Shown piece after piece: positions 1 through 13,447 of a stretch of 64,000 bases of DNA. Positions within the stretch are counted from its first letter, which is position 1; each line of letters starts with the position of its first letter. The stretch lies in NCBI GenBank assembly GCA_028023455.1, contig JAQFVV010000010.1, forward strand, positions 9,362,001 to 9,426,000, read 5' to 3'. The notes below the pieces were generated by a model, which was not told the DNA's origin, made no database searches, and was given only the letters and a program-made list of their open reading frames with translations. The translations under genes and the position numbers were made by a program. This stretch comes from Epiperipatus broadwayi (Eukaryota > Animalia > Onychophora).

Positions 1-1252
1 ATATTCTCTTTTGCCAAACAATCTATTTATAACTCAAATCAATCACATCTCTATATATTTGTAAATCAAAAAAATTTATTTTCTTATTTTGTTCTTTCTC
101 AATAGTTCATTTTAAATTATTTAAATTATTCAGTTTATACAAAAGAACATCAATAACATCTTGAGGACCACAAAAAAACACATCCTCAATATATCTAGTA
201 TAAATTTTAATATCTTCAAAGTCACAATAATTTAATATAACTTTTTCATATTTTGATAATATAAAATTACAAATTTGTGAGGTAATTCCATCAGCCATCC
301 TTTACCCATTTTATAAAAAGTATTATATGTTGCAATAATATTATCACTTATAAATTTTAGTGATTCAATGATAAACTTTATTAGATGTTTATTTATTGAC
401 ATATTATTTAGTGCCATTTCAATTAAATTTATAGACACAAGATGATCACTTGATTCATATAATTCTGTTACATCCAATGAAGCTAACAAATCATTATTAT
501 TTAATTTTACATTTTTAATTCTATTGACAAACTCATAAGATGATATAATTGTATATCTTCCAAAACCCAACATATCTTGTAGCAATCCACAGATATATTT
601 AGCTGTTTTATACATAAATGATTCACCAAAATCTATCATTAATCTAAAAGGATTCCCTTCTTTGTGAAGTTTAACATTAGCAAATATTCTTGGGCAAATA
701 GCTGTACATGGATATATATCATAGTATATACCACTATTCATAAAATTACCTTTAGCTTTTTTTAAAATATTATTTATAAATTTAACATTCTGCCCCTCCA
801 TATTATAATCATCAATAATACAAAATCCTAATTTATTCATTTGTGTTTCAATTTTATCATTATATAAATCTCAGTGCTTAAGATCTGATTGGTTACTAAT
901 AGTCACAAGCACTTGAGAAGTTTGCATTCTCTCAATTTAATTTTCAATACCGTCTGCGCTTTATAAAAATATTATTTATAAAACACTTTCTTAAACCTTT
1001 ATCCTCCTTCAAACATATATTTTGCTCAATACTAAGAAGATGTTTAAATTCTAAAATCACATAATTCCATGACAGATCGTAGCTATTATTTTTTATTTTA
1101 TGTTTAGAAATATCCCTAATTATATTATCACAATCCTGTAAGTTCATTGTATCATCAAAAATATTCTGCACTGATGCAACTAATTCCATATTATAATCCT
1201 TCCATACATTACCGACATAGTTTGAATCATACTGTAAAATATATTTCTGCAT
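1..1252 (-). mobile_element. Inverted partial copy of Penelope-like element RT region (pseudogenised; runs off window start)
   Basis: ORFs 944-1252, 232-840 and 107-298 give PLE RT motifs (KEDKG, ASLDVTELY, YTRYIEDVF). The region is the reverse complement of ~1309-2318 plus 4466-4520, roughly 90% identical by eye, and carries an extra ~110 bp at ~875-985. Confidence 0.9.
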
Positions 1253-1308
1253 AAAACTAATTTTTTCACTTATTACATTCTTGTAATTACTATTCCCATA
1301 ATTATTTG

Positions 1309-4300
1309 GATAATAATATTACAGAATATTTTTGATGATATAATGAACTTACAGGATGGTGATAATATAATTAGGGGATATTTCTAAACATAAAATAAAA
1401 AATAATAGCTACAATCAGCCATGGAATTATGTGACTTCAGAATTTAAACATCTTCTTAGTATTGAGCAAAATATATGTTTGAAGGAGGATAAAGGTTTAA
1501 GAATGTGTTTTATTAAGAGATGTATATAATGATAAAATTGAAACAAATGAATGAATTAGGATTTTGCATTAATGATGATTATAATATGGAGGGGCAGTGT
1601 ATTAAATTTATAAATATTTTAAAGAAAGCTAAAGGTCATTTTATGAATGGTGGTACATACTATGATATATATCCATGTAAAGCTATTTTCCCCAAGAATA
1701 TTTGCTGTTAAACTCCACAAAGGAAATCCTTTTAGACTAATAATAGATTTTGGTGAATCATTTATGTATAAAACAGCTACAAGATATGTTGCTACAAGAT
1801 ATGTTGGGTTTTGGAAGATATACAATTGTATCATCTTATGAGTTTGTTGATAGGATTAAAAACGTAAAATTAAATGATGATTTGTTAGCTTCATTGGATG
1901 TAACAGAATTATATGGATCAAGTGATCATCTTGTGTCTATAAGTTTAATTGAAGTGGCACTAAATAATGTCAATAAATAAACATCTAATAAAGTTTATTA
2001 CTGAATCACTAAAATTTATAAGTGATAATATTATTGCAACATATAATACTTTTTATAAAATGGGTAAAGGATGGCTGATGGGATTACCTCACAAATTTGT
2101 AATTTTATATTATCAAAATATGAAGAAGTTATATTAAATTCTTGTGACTTTGAAGATATTAAAATGTATACTAGATATATTGATGATGTGTTTGTTTGTG
2201 GTCCTCAAGATGTTATTGATGTTCTTTTGTATAAACTGAATAATTCAAATAATTTAAAATGGACCATTGAGAAAATACAAAATAGGAAAATAAAATTTTT
2301 GGATTTACACATATATAGTGTGCCAGACGAAAGCTTTTAATTTCGTCTATCAATCTATTCTAATACAGAGGGCGCCACCAGACTACTACGTGTCTGGAAA
2401 ATTTGTTTACTGTGATCCAAATAGATGATGATGATGGTTTGCACTGACTAGACTCAGGGAGAAACAAGAGATCTTAAATTGTTTAGACAATTGAGACAAA
2501 AGCACAAAGACAAACATCAGCCAAATTAAGTTTAAACATATTTAATAAAATTTTATTAAGAGAAAATTAACTTATAAGAACAGTTTATAAGTTAACAAAT
2601 ATGATTAGTTCAGGCGTGTACCAGAAAGACTAAATGTAAAGCTATGACAGACCAACTGATCTTCTAATAAATGAATTATAAAAGGGAGAATGTAAATTTC
2701 ATTCAGCAGAGGATTCATCTTAACATTGGTTCTCACTTTCAGATATTCAAACAATACATCCTTGAAATAGATCAAAGAAATCCAGCGCCAATGAGCTTTT
2801 CGAGGTCCAAAAATTGGTCAGACCCCGAATGTCCTTATATCGGTATGAGCTGCACCTATTACTACGTTTAAAATAACGGTGATTGATCCATCTCAAGAAC
2901 AACCGAAAAATATGCTTGAAACGGAGTAAAACAATTAAAATTGGTGAATCCCAGCCAAACGATTGGCGAAAATTACTTTAAAATTAATAATTAAAATCTC
3001 AATAAGGGACAAGCATTTAAAGAAAATAAACTTACAAACAAATTCTGAGTATACGCTCTGATAAATTTAAAGCACACATAATAAATACAAAAAGAAATCT
3101 ATCGGAGAGTGCACATGAGTACGAAATATTAAAAGTTTAAATACTCCAGCAGAACGAAAGTATTGCTCACCGGTAATTTAAAGAGGGATATATTTTATCT
3201 TCCTGCTGACAACTTATAAAATTACAAAGAAAAACAATTCTAATTTCCGCCTTCAGAGATGTAAGAAACGAAATCCCCACCTGCAGAAAATTAGACAATA
3301 AAGTCGTCAGCCAAAAGATTTTGGAGGTTTAGCAAAAGGGCAAACATAGAGTTTAAAATTAATTATTGAATATTAACATAACTACAGGTAAGCATTTAAA
3401 AGGCACGACTGCCAAAGCATTTATAAAAATACATAAAATAGAAAACTCACTCGTCACTCTCCAATAAACAAAAATTGACAGTAACTTGGAATCTTAAAAG
3501 TAAGATTCCAAGACATACTACAAAATATTAGAAAACACGGCAAATATTAAATATGAGGCTATATAAATTACTTAAGCTTATGAATACATATTTAGGATTA
3601 GACCGAGCGGAGATTTAATGAGAATTAATTTGCCCTGGGAAGAATAAAAACGAAAATAGTTACCTTTTAGTAAATGCAATGTTCACGTAGAGTGCGCATT
3701 ATTATTTTAGTTCATTTTCAGGTCTTTAGACAGCAAGGTAGATGTAAAGAGGTTCCGGCTTCTTGTAGGTGTTTAAGGCATTATTGGAGCAAATTTGGAA
3801 GTCAGGGATCCGTCTTTTGTTGAGTTAGCAAGCCATTCGGGTTTTGACAACATGTATAGAATTTTTCATCTTGTTGCAAGCAAAAGTATTTAATAACAGC
3901 TGATGTCCTTTAAGAATTTAAATGTCCGTGCTGATATAAACTTTCACTTTAGAAACAGTTTGTCTAGTGACGAATAATGAATTAACTAACTCTCCAAATT
4001 TTCGGGGCTATTTATATCTCGCTCCATTTCCCGCGAAACACTTTCCTTGTTGTCCAATTTCTACGCCTAAGGCAGGTCAAATATTAATCTCCCGCTCAAT
4101 CTAATCTAGGAATTCTACCCAGGGATTATTGAAATGAAAACAACTTACATAAAAATCAAATCTCCGCTTTTAGAATTGTTTACAATAATTAAAATAAAAG
4201 CTATAGGAAAGTAATTAGCTAGGTTTCTTGTTTTTTAATTAATTGATTTAAAGTAAAAACAAGCGGTATAAGAAAATTATTTTAAAATAAATCGATAAAC

Positions 4301-5230
4301 ATTGAAATGAAGCGTTTTACATATAAACGCTTGTGTATTTTGATACACGTATTCTTTTTTAAATAATAATAAAATTTCAACATTAAACGTTTAATGAAAA
4401 TTAAAAGCTTAATAAATATTTTTGGTAATAACACCTTTGAAACGGATTTCAATTCGGTTCAATAGAGATGTGATTGATTTGAGTAATAAATATGTTGTTT
4501 GGTGAAAGAGGATATATTCATTTTAAATCACGTGTTTCTATGATGCATAAAATGGCAAGTTTGAAATCATTTTTATATCACAATGATAAATTATGTAAAT
4601 ATAAAAATGATAAAATTTTAAATATTGAACTGTTTATTAATGAACTTATAAAGATTGGATATGATAAAAACCAAATTTTACATAGTTAATTTATTTAACA
4701 ATAAGAAGAATTGCAATAAAAATTTAAATAATAAACAATGGGTTTCTATGCCGTTTATAAATAACGTTCAATCTAAATTAATTAAAATATATTTAAAGAT
4801 AAATATAATATTTCGTTTTGTGTCCCTCCAAACATTAATTAATAATTCTAAGAGTGTAATTTCTAAAATGCAAAGAAGAAATATAATTTATCAGATCTTA
4901 TGTGGTGTAAAAAATCGTACATCGGTGAGTAGAAGTGTTCTGTGGAAAAAAGATTAAAGGAACATCAATTACTATATAATCAGATTAAAAATTCTGTAAA
5001 TAACCAATTAAACACTTCAATAGTCTTCAACCACGAAAGAGCTTGTGAATATGGATTTGCATTTGATATAAATGAAACAAAAATATTAATGGAGGAAAGA
5101 AATCATAGAAAGAGGAAAATTAAAGAAACTATTTTAATAGATAAATTTAAGGATAATGTTATCAATAGACAAGTTGCAAATATGGTCATATCCAGCTTAT
5201 GGAAATCTATGTAACATTAATGTTTGAGAT
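1309..5230 (+). mobile_element. Degenerate Penelope-like retroelement (RT + GIY-YIG endonuclease), split by an insertion at 2319-4461
   Basis: RT motifs LDVTELY, MADG.TSQICNFIL, YTRYIDDVF and KIKFLDLHI (1750-2318). After the insertion: YIHFKSR thumb region, then NIIYQILCG...KRLKEHQ...KILMEERNHRKRKIKETILI, typical of the PLE GIY-YIG domain. Multiple frameshifts. Confidence 0.9.
2319..4461. mobile_element. 2143-bp solo-LTR-like insertion (Ty3/Gypsy-type TG...CA, 4-bp TSD)
   Basis: Starts TGTGCC and ends GGTTCA. Flanked by ATAG at 2315-2318 and 4462-4465. The empty site is preserved in the inverted PLE copy (single CTAT at 51-54). CpG-rich, no long ORF, TATAAATAG on the minus strand at 4008-4016. 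Confidence 0.8.
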
Positions 5231-7788
5231 TGGTTTACAGTTGAGGAGAATTACCACATAATTGAAAGCACTACTGAAGAATTTGAAATATACTATTATT
5301 TTATTATCAAGTTATTTGTGAATTATATATATATATATACCTTTACTATTAAAAGGAGATTGCCTTGACAACAGTTTGAAAATCTTGATTGTTATTGATA
5401 TTGTCTAAATGTTGATTGGTTTTTAATGATATATATATATATTGTCCTTTATGCACAGACACACATGCATAAGTGAAGAGTTATAGATCAAGTTGGCTAC
5501 AATAATCAAAAAAACTTCCTATGTAGTACATACACACATTGACATATACTTACAACTGTCAACTAATTATGGTATGATTATCGCCTTTGTTATTATTAGT
5601 GAATTAAAGTATTAATAAGGGTATAAGACTACCAAAATCTTATTACAGCTCAAAGGCCATTATTAGTAATTAATCATCCCCTTTAGGTTGATTCCAGTTG
5701 CATGAACAATTAATATTCAATCAAGCAATTTTAGCAACTTAACCCACAAATGGCCAAATTTATGAGAACAACAAAATAATTAGTTTTTCTTATTACGAGA
5801 TATGGTCCACCACTACTCCACAATATCATTAAAAACCAGTCAACAAGCTTTGAGAATTATTACGCTTATATATATATATATATGTGTGTGTGTGTATCAC
5901 CATTTTCAAACATTGCCAATCCACTGCTGGAAGGTCTCTTCAAGTTTAATACAGTTTCTCCAATTCATAATCTATCTGCTCCACATCACAGCAAATTTCC
6001 TTATTTCATCCAACCATTTCACAGGTGTTCTCTTTCTAAGTCTTTTACAATCTCTTATGATTCAATTTAAAAAGGCCAACTATTCATATATTATCATCTT
6101 TTCTAGAGGTATATCCAGCCTAATTTCATTTCAATGACATCAGTTTGTTCTCTTAAACCTGCTTTTCAAGAATTTGATCGAAGTATTTATAATTGTTAAC
6201 TTCTTCTAATCTTTGTTTTCTTATTCTGATAAAATCCATTGAACATTATTTTCATCTTTAGTCTTATTTTTTTACTTTTTATTTCATAAACTATTCTTGA
6301 AGTTCTGAAGCATTATTTTCAAAAAACGCCACATCATTTGCAAAATTTAAATAGCTTAAATAATCTATTTGTTCTTATTCTCTTAGTTTACCATTTTACT
6401 TCACAAAACATTTATTGTAAAACTGCTGCAAAAGATTTGAAAATATGGAATCACCATCATATACCATTTTCAATATTAATTTTCTTAGTCTCACCTGTAA
6501 TCTAATCTCTACTATTGGATTTTGATATTTTTTCAGAATATGATGATATCCTGAGACTATAATTTATTAATTCAAAACTTCAATTACTATGTACATGTTT
6601 ATTGAATCAAATGCCTTTATAATTTATAAATCCAAAGCATAATGGTAACTCATATTCATTAGTCCATTTCTATAATTTTTAGATATGATCCATTGTATTA
6701 CTTTTAAGTACAACTTTATTTAATTCCAAAATTTGCTGGAGATTAGTTATAATTATCTTTGTAAAGATTTTGTATTAGATTTGATAAAGACTGATAGGTC
6801 TGTAATTTCTCATGTCTTTTTCCAATCACCTAGTACATTATCATTTTAGACATTTGGTATATAGTTTGGTCAACAATTTTTCTATATCAATAGTAATAAT
6901 TCCATCATTTCATGATGCGTCCTTCACCCTATTTTTTAAATTTAACCACATCCATATCGTCATTTAAAATATTTAACAATTCAGAAGATATAGTAATTAT
7001 AGGGAATACTCTATTTTCTTGTTGTTTATTACTAAATAATTCTTTAACTCTTCCATACAGTTCATGATATCATCTCACTTTTTATTAATAATGCTATCTT
7101 TTTTTCCTTATTGTTGGAATAACCTCCCATATTTTTTAGCCTTTTATTCTCTTTCATTGTCAATTAAAAAATTATATTTTCTTATATTATTATTAACTCT
7201 TTTTCAAATCATATTCCCTATTTTTTTATATGTTATCTTGTTATAGAAAAAATTTAAGTGGCAAATTGCTGCTTTTTTGTATCAGTCATATTTTTTGTAA
7301 TTTTCAATAGAATATCATTTATCTCTTTATTGATTTTATTCAAGTCTGAACCAACTTCAAAGTCTGTTAATATTTTTAAATCATTTGTATGTTCTAATTA
7401 AATTTATCAAAGTATTCTGAAGTTAGGAATATTAACTGTTAATACTTCTTTATAATTTTCTTTTTTTTTTAGTTTGGCATTAATATGATAATTATTTTAC
7501 TGAATCTATTAAGAACATTAAAATCTTGAAATACATATTTTGCTTATAAAATCTAATCTAATTCCGCTGTATCTTTATTTGGATCCTTCCATGACCATTT
7601 CCACTTAGCATTTTTTCCAAAGAAAGAATTTATAATGTGGAGTTTTTCTTTTTTCCCCCAAATTCTGTATCCTCTCTCATTTTTATATCATAGTCAAATT
7701 TATCCACAGCACTTTTATCTTCCAATAATTTATCATTTTTAGTATTGTACCATTTATTTATATATGGCACAAATATATTGGCATAGGA

Positions 7789-8242
7789 CAGGGGTGGGCA
7801 ATTGTTTTGGCTCAGGGGCCACATTGGGAGCCACTTTGTGGAAGTGAAGGTTAGTGGAGGGCCACATCTTTTTTTCATAACATAAACACACTGCTTTATT
7901 CCTGTATTATCAAAGAAATATTTGTTTGTCCAGTCTTCATTAAACACACAACCTTTATCACCGATTTTACATTTTTTTGGAGGGTTCATGGTTTCACTAA
8001 AATTGGAAATGTATATATTTGCTAATTATAAAGACAAAATTGAAATTAACCAAATCAACTGGAAAAGCACTGCACATCATATCTACACTGCGCATGTGTA
8101 TTGATGTGGCCATCCTAGTGGAAAATACGAGGTGAATCTTCGGTCATGCATGGGAAGGAAATCTCAGTTCAAGGCAGATTTTTTTGGCTGTCTTGGCGGG
8201 CCGCATAAAAACTCTTAGCGAGCCACTATTTGCCTACCCCTG
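7789..8242 (-). mobile_element. Non-autonomous hAT (Buster/Charlie/SPIN-like) deletion derivative, 454 bp
   Basis: TIRs CAGGGGTGGGCAA / TTGCCTACCCCTG. Decayed 8-bp TSD GCATAGGA / GTATAGGG (6/8, central TA). Retains transposase N-terminus KKCKIGDKGCVFNEDWTNKYFF. Confidence 0.85.
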
Positions 8243-9535
8243 GTATAGGGTAATATTGAAAAACATATTCAAAAGACGCATTTTAGTTTTTTTTTTAGTT
8301 AGTAGAATTTATTTGTGTTGTAATGTCTTTCTTTTATTTATCTGTATAATTAAAGATGGTGGAAATATTTTATAAAAAAGACTTTGTAACCAAAAAATAA
8401 TAATAATTGTTCAAGTTACAAAACTTGCCTTATGATAAAACAAAAGATAAGGACATATGCACAGAAATCTGAAAACTGGTCAAGAATATAAAAAGAAGAA
8501 AACAGCTTCAAGCAAAGTCTTGTCTGGTACTGGCGGTTTTCCATATGTCCTAGATGGAAGGACAAGGAGCTAATCGTGGTTGTCTTATTCTCACAATGGC
8601 AGTTAGATGCTTCTATTCAGGAGTACTCATATTGCTGAACTAAGTATTCATGCAGGAGTCTGAGCCCAGCCTTGAAGCAGACCAAGAATGGAAAAATGTT
8701 AACAAAAATCAAAGTTAACTTACCAATGAGCTCAGGATCCTAATAAATACACATAGCTATAAAAATCTACAGTCTACACAAACTCACTGGTAAGCTACCA
8801 TTCATACCCAATTTGTGACTAAATTGTTTGCAAACTAACCTAAACTATAAGCTTATAATATACTACCAATAGTTATATTATTCAAGGAACTTTCACCTTC
8901 TAGAAGAAACTTACAAAAGAAGTGAACATTAATTGTTAAATTGTTTTAATTATTTAACCTAACTATCTGGATGGGTGATTGTATGTTCTTTCCAGTTTAT
9001 TAATAATTTATGGTTTAAATATTTTAAATTGTATTAATAAAATATTAATATCAACTTTTCATTGTACATTATTAATTTTAGTTTATTAAATGTTACTATT
9101 ACAAAAGATTATTTTAAGAAATGTATAATTGCCTATGCCAACATGTTCGTTTTAATCTATGAACACTGGAGAAAATTCTTAAACATTACTCGACAAGAAA
9201 GTGAAATCATGTAAAAATTACATTTAGTTATTTGCTGCAAAAATACATGATATGATTTACAGACTCTGGTGCCCTTTTAAATAAATATAAAATATTCCAC
9301 CAGCAGTGAACATAGTAATAAAATATTAGGCCAGTTAATCAGGAAAGATAACTATGTTCTTGAAATATCCGAATTCCTACATGGTCTGAAGATACTTTTT
9401 CATAGTTTGATTAACTAGCACTCTATAGTGTGTAATAGAAGGCCTAAAACCTGCCATTAACATTACAGTATTAAAGTCTTCCTTGATAATTTTAAAATGT
9501 TGTTTAGTCTAATCAAAAGCATTTTATACATTCAT

Positions 9536-9672
9536 ATAAAAATCCTCTACTCTTTTCCATAGTGGGAACTTCTTAGGGTATAATCCTGAATCATCTATAT
9601 TTGGATAAAAATCCTCTACTCTTTTCCATAGTGGGAACTTCTTAGGGTATAACCCTGAATCATCTATATTTG
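9536..9672. repeat. 69-bp tandem duplication inside the RTE relic
   Basis: ATAAAAATCCTCTACTC...CATCTATATTTG at 9536 and 9605, near identical. Confidence 0.9.
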
Positions 9673-11882
9673 ATATCTACCATTAATTTGAATAACTAAT
9701 TTTGCAAATTTGTTTGATATGCCATCAATCTCCACATTGTCATTATTCCATTTTTTATTTATAATGAATTGCTTCCAATATTTTTTTTGTGCCTTTGTAG
9801 TAAAATACATGTTCATTTTTTAAATCAATCGTACCTTTACTTTTATTTTGTAACTTCAAAAAGTTCAACAGGGTCTCATTTAATATTAGCCATTCTTCCT
9901 TCAATTCATACAATCTTCCTTCATTTGAAAATGATCTGCAGTTGTAGGTACCTAAATGAAAGATCATCATTAAATGATATCAGAGATTCTTATACCTTCT
10001 GCCTTTTTCCATCAAGGCTGCCTTGACTGACAACTTTATAGTTTTCTGGGAATAAAAGCTATAATTTAGTTTTGTCTGTCATGATTGTAAATGTCTATAA
10101 GAAAAAAACTATTCATACACACATTCATCCAGCCTTCAAAAAAGTCACCTGAGATTTCAGTTAAAAACTATCAATAAACTGAAATCTTGGAGATAAAAAA
10201 CTAAGCAGCCCATTCTTATTTATTCATCATTTGGATAATCACTAATAATAATATCTGCAATAATAATGTATCATCTGGCATGAGCTTGCCTTGCTCTATT
10301 CCTTTAAGGCTTTAAAGAGAAATTAAAGTTTTCTTTCAGTTAATAGCAAACTCCTTTCTGCAGCCATACATATGCATAATGCTACATTTTACACTTCAAA
10401 CATACAGTTGCAGACAATAGAGATAAAATCTGCAACAATATGTTTAAAATATAATAGTGAGCTTGAACTGTAATTACTAAAAATTATATTTATTTATGGT
10501 GAAGTGAAGATTTTCATGGGTGAAAAATTTATTATAATTCCTAGCTTTATCCAGTTAAAGACAAATATTATTTTATTGAAACACAAGTAATCATATATTT
10601 TTAATGATTATTCATGAAAACTCCTATGAATTTTATATATATAAAATATTCCATATTTTTTGAAAATCCAATTCAATATGTTCTCATAATTATGATCTTT
10701 TCCTTCTCACATTGATTATAAAAAAAAGTAAGAGGGCAGAAAACACCCATATTACAAAATTAATTCAATTTGTGAGCATTTACTACATTAAATGGAAATT
10801 TTTATTAATCAAATACACACAAAATCCATATAACATTTATACATTGAGTTTTTAAACTCTTCTCTAATGATTTTTTAAATTACTACTTTTACTTTTGATA
10901 TAAATATAAAAGGATAAAAATGCTTAAAGTTTACATTTGGTTTATTTATATAGATATCATGCCATAAATTTAACTGTCTAAACTTTAGCAATTTCTAACA
11001 TTTAGATAAAATTGTGAGGGGTCAGTTTCTTTAAATTTTCATTTTTTAAAATTTTGAATACATTAACATTTAAAAAATATTTTAATTTGAATGTAATTTC
11101 TCAACTGAGAAAAGATGTTCTGCCAGACCTCAGAATTGAGATGAATATTATATATAAAAGTTTATTTATGCCTTTGATTTTTTCCTAGCAAAAAGCAGGA
11201 TGAAAAAAAATCTTTAAATAAACTGACAATGAGTTAGCAGCTTAAAGATAATTTCAATCACTTTAAACAAATGTCAAGGAAAAAAAACATCGTGGAAATT
11301 AATCTGTGAATAAATTCGCAAGCGAAAAAATAATTGTAACTATTTTTGATTATAATGATATAAAATCTCAAAAATGTACAAATCTAATATATATTAATAT
11401 TAACAATTATTACAGTATCTAATATTTATATTTGATGTTTATTTAAAATTTTCGATAGCATCATATGGTTTCTTTACAGATATGAAAAGTTTACAATAAG
11501 AAGGAGGAATACTTACATATTAATCCGGGGCTGAAATTTCGTTTTCATTAAAATCATTATGATTATGCACGATTTCTAAATATTTGATGTATGTTTTATT
11601 TAAGTAAATTTAACTTTCAATGATAAGTCTTACTGAAGATCTCTAGAGCATTTTTATATCTACCATGTATTCTTTATTAACTTCTAACTACTACTGACCT
11701 ACTTATGCTTGAAATATAGCCATCTTTTGCCGCGCGTAAATAAATTGACATTAATACAGAAAGTGGAGTTGTTATTTACAACTTGCTTAAAATGATTCTT
11801 TAAATCTTTGAAGGTTAAATTTACTTATAACAATTCCTAAAATGTGTTAATAAATTTTTTATAAGATTTCTGTTAAAACGAC

Positions 11883-11892
11883 TGGCGCAGTC
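11883..11892 (+). promoter_or_regulatory. Primer-binding site (complementary to a tRNA-Ser-type 3' end)
   Basis: TGGCGCAGTC, 86 bp upstream of the gag ATG, overlapping a CTAGGTT-TCG-AACCTAG hairpin. Confidence 0.6.
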
Positions 11893-11968
11893 TAGGTTTC
11901 GAACCTAGTAAAACTTGAAGGAATAAGCCAGAAGAGAAAGTCAACCGATACATTCGGAAACAAGTAAA

Positions 11969-13344
11969 ATGTCGTTAGGACAAAGCAGTATTCCTGAATT
12001 TAGCATTGAAAATGCCGAGGAATGGCCTCTCTATATAATGCAATTGGAAAATTTTTTCAAGTTAAATGGGATAAAAAATAATGAAAAAAAATGGCCGCAC
12101 TTTTATGTTTAGGAGGACGCAAAGTCATAGAAATTATTAATAAATTATGGGACTGACCGATAATTGACGGAGTACAGTTTGAAGATATAGTTAAAAAATT
12201 AACGGACTATTTTAGCCCAAAACCATCTAGACACATAGCTAGATTAACTCTGAGAAACAAAAAGCAAACCAGGGAGGAAAAAATTAATGACTATGATATA
12301 GCATCAAAACAGTTGGCAAAAAAACTGTGATTATGGCAAATTTTTAGAACAAGCTTTGCTGGATCAATTATTGTGGAGAATGTACGATGAAAGATTGCGA
12401 CAGATGTTAATGGAAACGACTTATCATACGAAGTGGCTATTAAAAAAGGAATAGCATATGAAGCAGTAATTGAGCAAGCCATAGCTTTTAGAAACAACTC
12501 AGAAGAGACCAGAAAGATGGCAGTTTATAAAACAGATCGAAGTCAGCAGCTGAATAATGAAAATCTTAGCAGAGAGAAAATGTTAACAGTGAAATGTTTC
12601 TGCTGTGGTAAAACTGGCCATGTATTTAAGAATTGCAAATGGAGAAAAGAAAACTGTTTTAACTGCGGATTTAAAGGATATTTAGCAGCTGTATGCAAAA
12701 AACCATGACAAACAAAATGTAATCCAGGCACAGATGCTACAACGTATACCATTGGCTATGAATCAACTAAGGGACAAAGCTTGGCCATGAGATATAGGAC
12801 TTTTTCGCAGAGACAAAGACAGATCACTAAACGACAAGAATTGGAGTCACATAACCAAAAATTAGCTGCCATGCTTGAGAGAAAGACGCAATCGGAGCTA
12901 CAACTCAACTTGCAATATAAAGAACTATCAAAAGAAATGCACAAATTAAAACTGGATGTTTATGAATTAAATAAATTAAAAGAAGAACTTGAACAACAAA
13001 ATTCACAATTTAGTAAAAAATTACAAAGCAAATTTTCAGAACGTCAGATTTTGGAAAGATCGAACGAAGATTTAAAAAGCGAACTCGCAATGTCAAAATT
13101 ATCCGAACAGGTAGAGAGTTGGCAGCAGTATGAAATGGAACTACAGGAAAAGATGGCCAAAAGTGAACATGAAATTGACACATTCGAAGATTTTTTAGAA
13201 CGGAAGTCTTTAGAAAGTGAGCAGCCAGAGACAAAAACCGCAGAACAGGAAAAACCCCAGAATCTCTCCAAGCGAGAGAGAAAAGCATTCAAGGCGGCGA
13301 GAAAAAAGAAGAGTTCACACAATTATCAAGGTTATATCGATTAA
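11969..13344 (+). pseudogene. gag: Gag relic with two zinc knuckles and an in-frame C-terminal coiled-coil extension
   Basis: MSLGQSSIPEFSIENAEEWPLYIMQLENFF...FEDIVKKLTDYFSPK...CDYGKFLEQALLDQ...CFCCGKTGHVFKNC...CFNCGFKGYLAAVC. About 3 frameshifts and 2 TGA stops. After TGA 12706-12708 the same frame stays open to 13344. Confidence 0.8.
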
Positions 13345-13447
13345 TAGGAAAAATCAAGTTTTCTCCAAGCTGAAAAAGGAAACCGCGCATATTGGATGAG
13401 TATGTGTAACGTAAATAAACTCTAACTTCTGGAGTGAGGGGAGGAAG

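Larger units (their letters stand above)
5905..10000 (-). mobile_element. Near full-length degenerate RTE-clade LINE (APE endonuclease + RT), interrupted at ~7760-9460
   Basis: Minus-strand translation gives LGTYNCRSF (9950), EDFNT (~9470), INSFFGKNAKWKWSWKDPNKDTAELD.IL (7550-7640), FANDVA (~6330) and C-terminal EETFQQW-like codons (~5925). Confidence 0.8.

Noticed and set aside
5265-5300. CTGAAGAATTTGAAA as the PLE 3' pLTR hammerhead
   Set aside because: No room for stem II and no stem I or III pairing; at best a deleted remnant.
11883-11905. PBS extending 23 nt into a tRNA T-loop
   Set aside because: The match is 2 nt out of register with a tRNA-Ser 3' end and is explained by the local hairpin.
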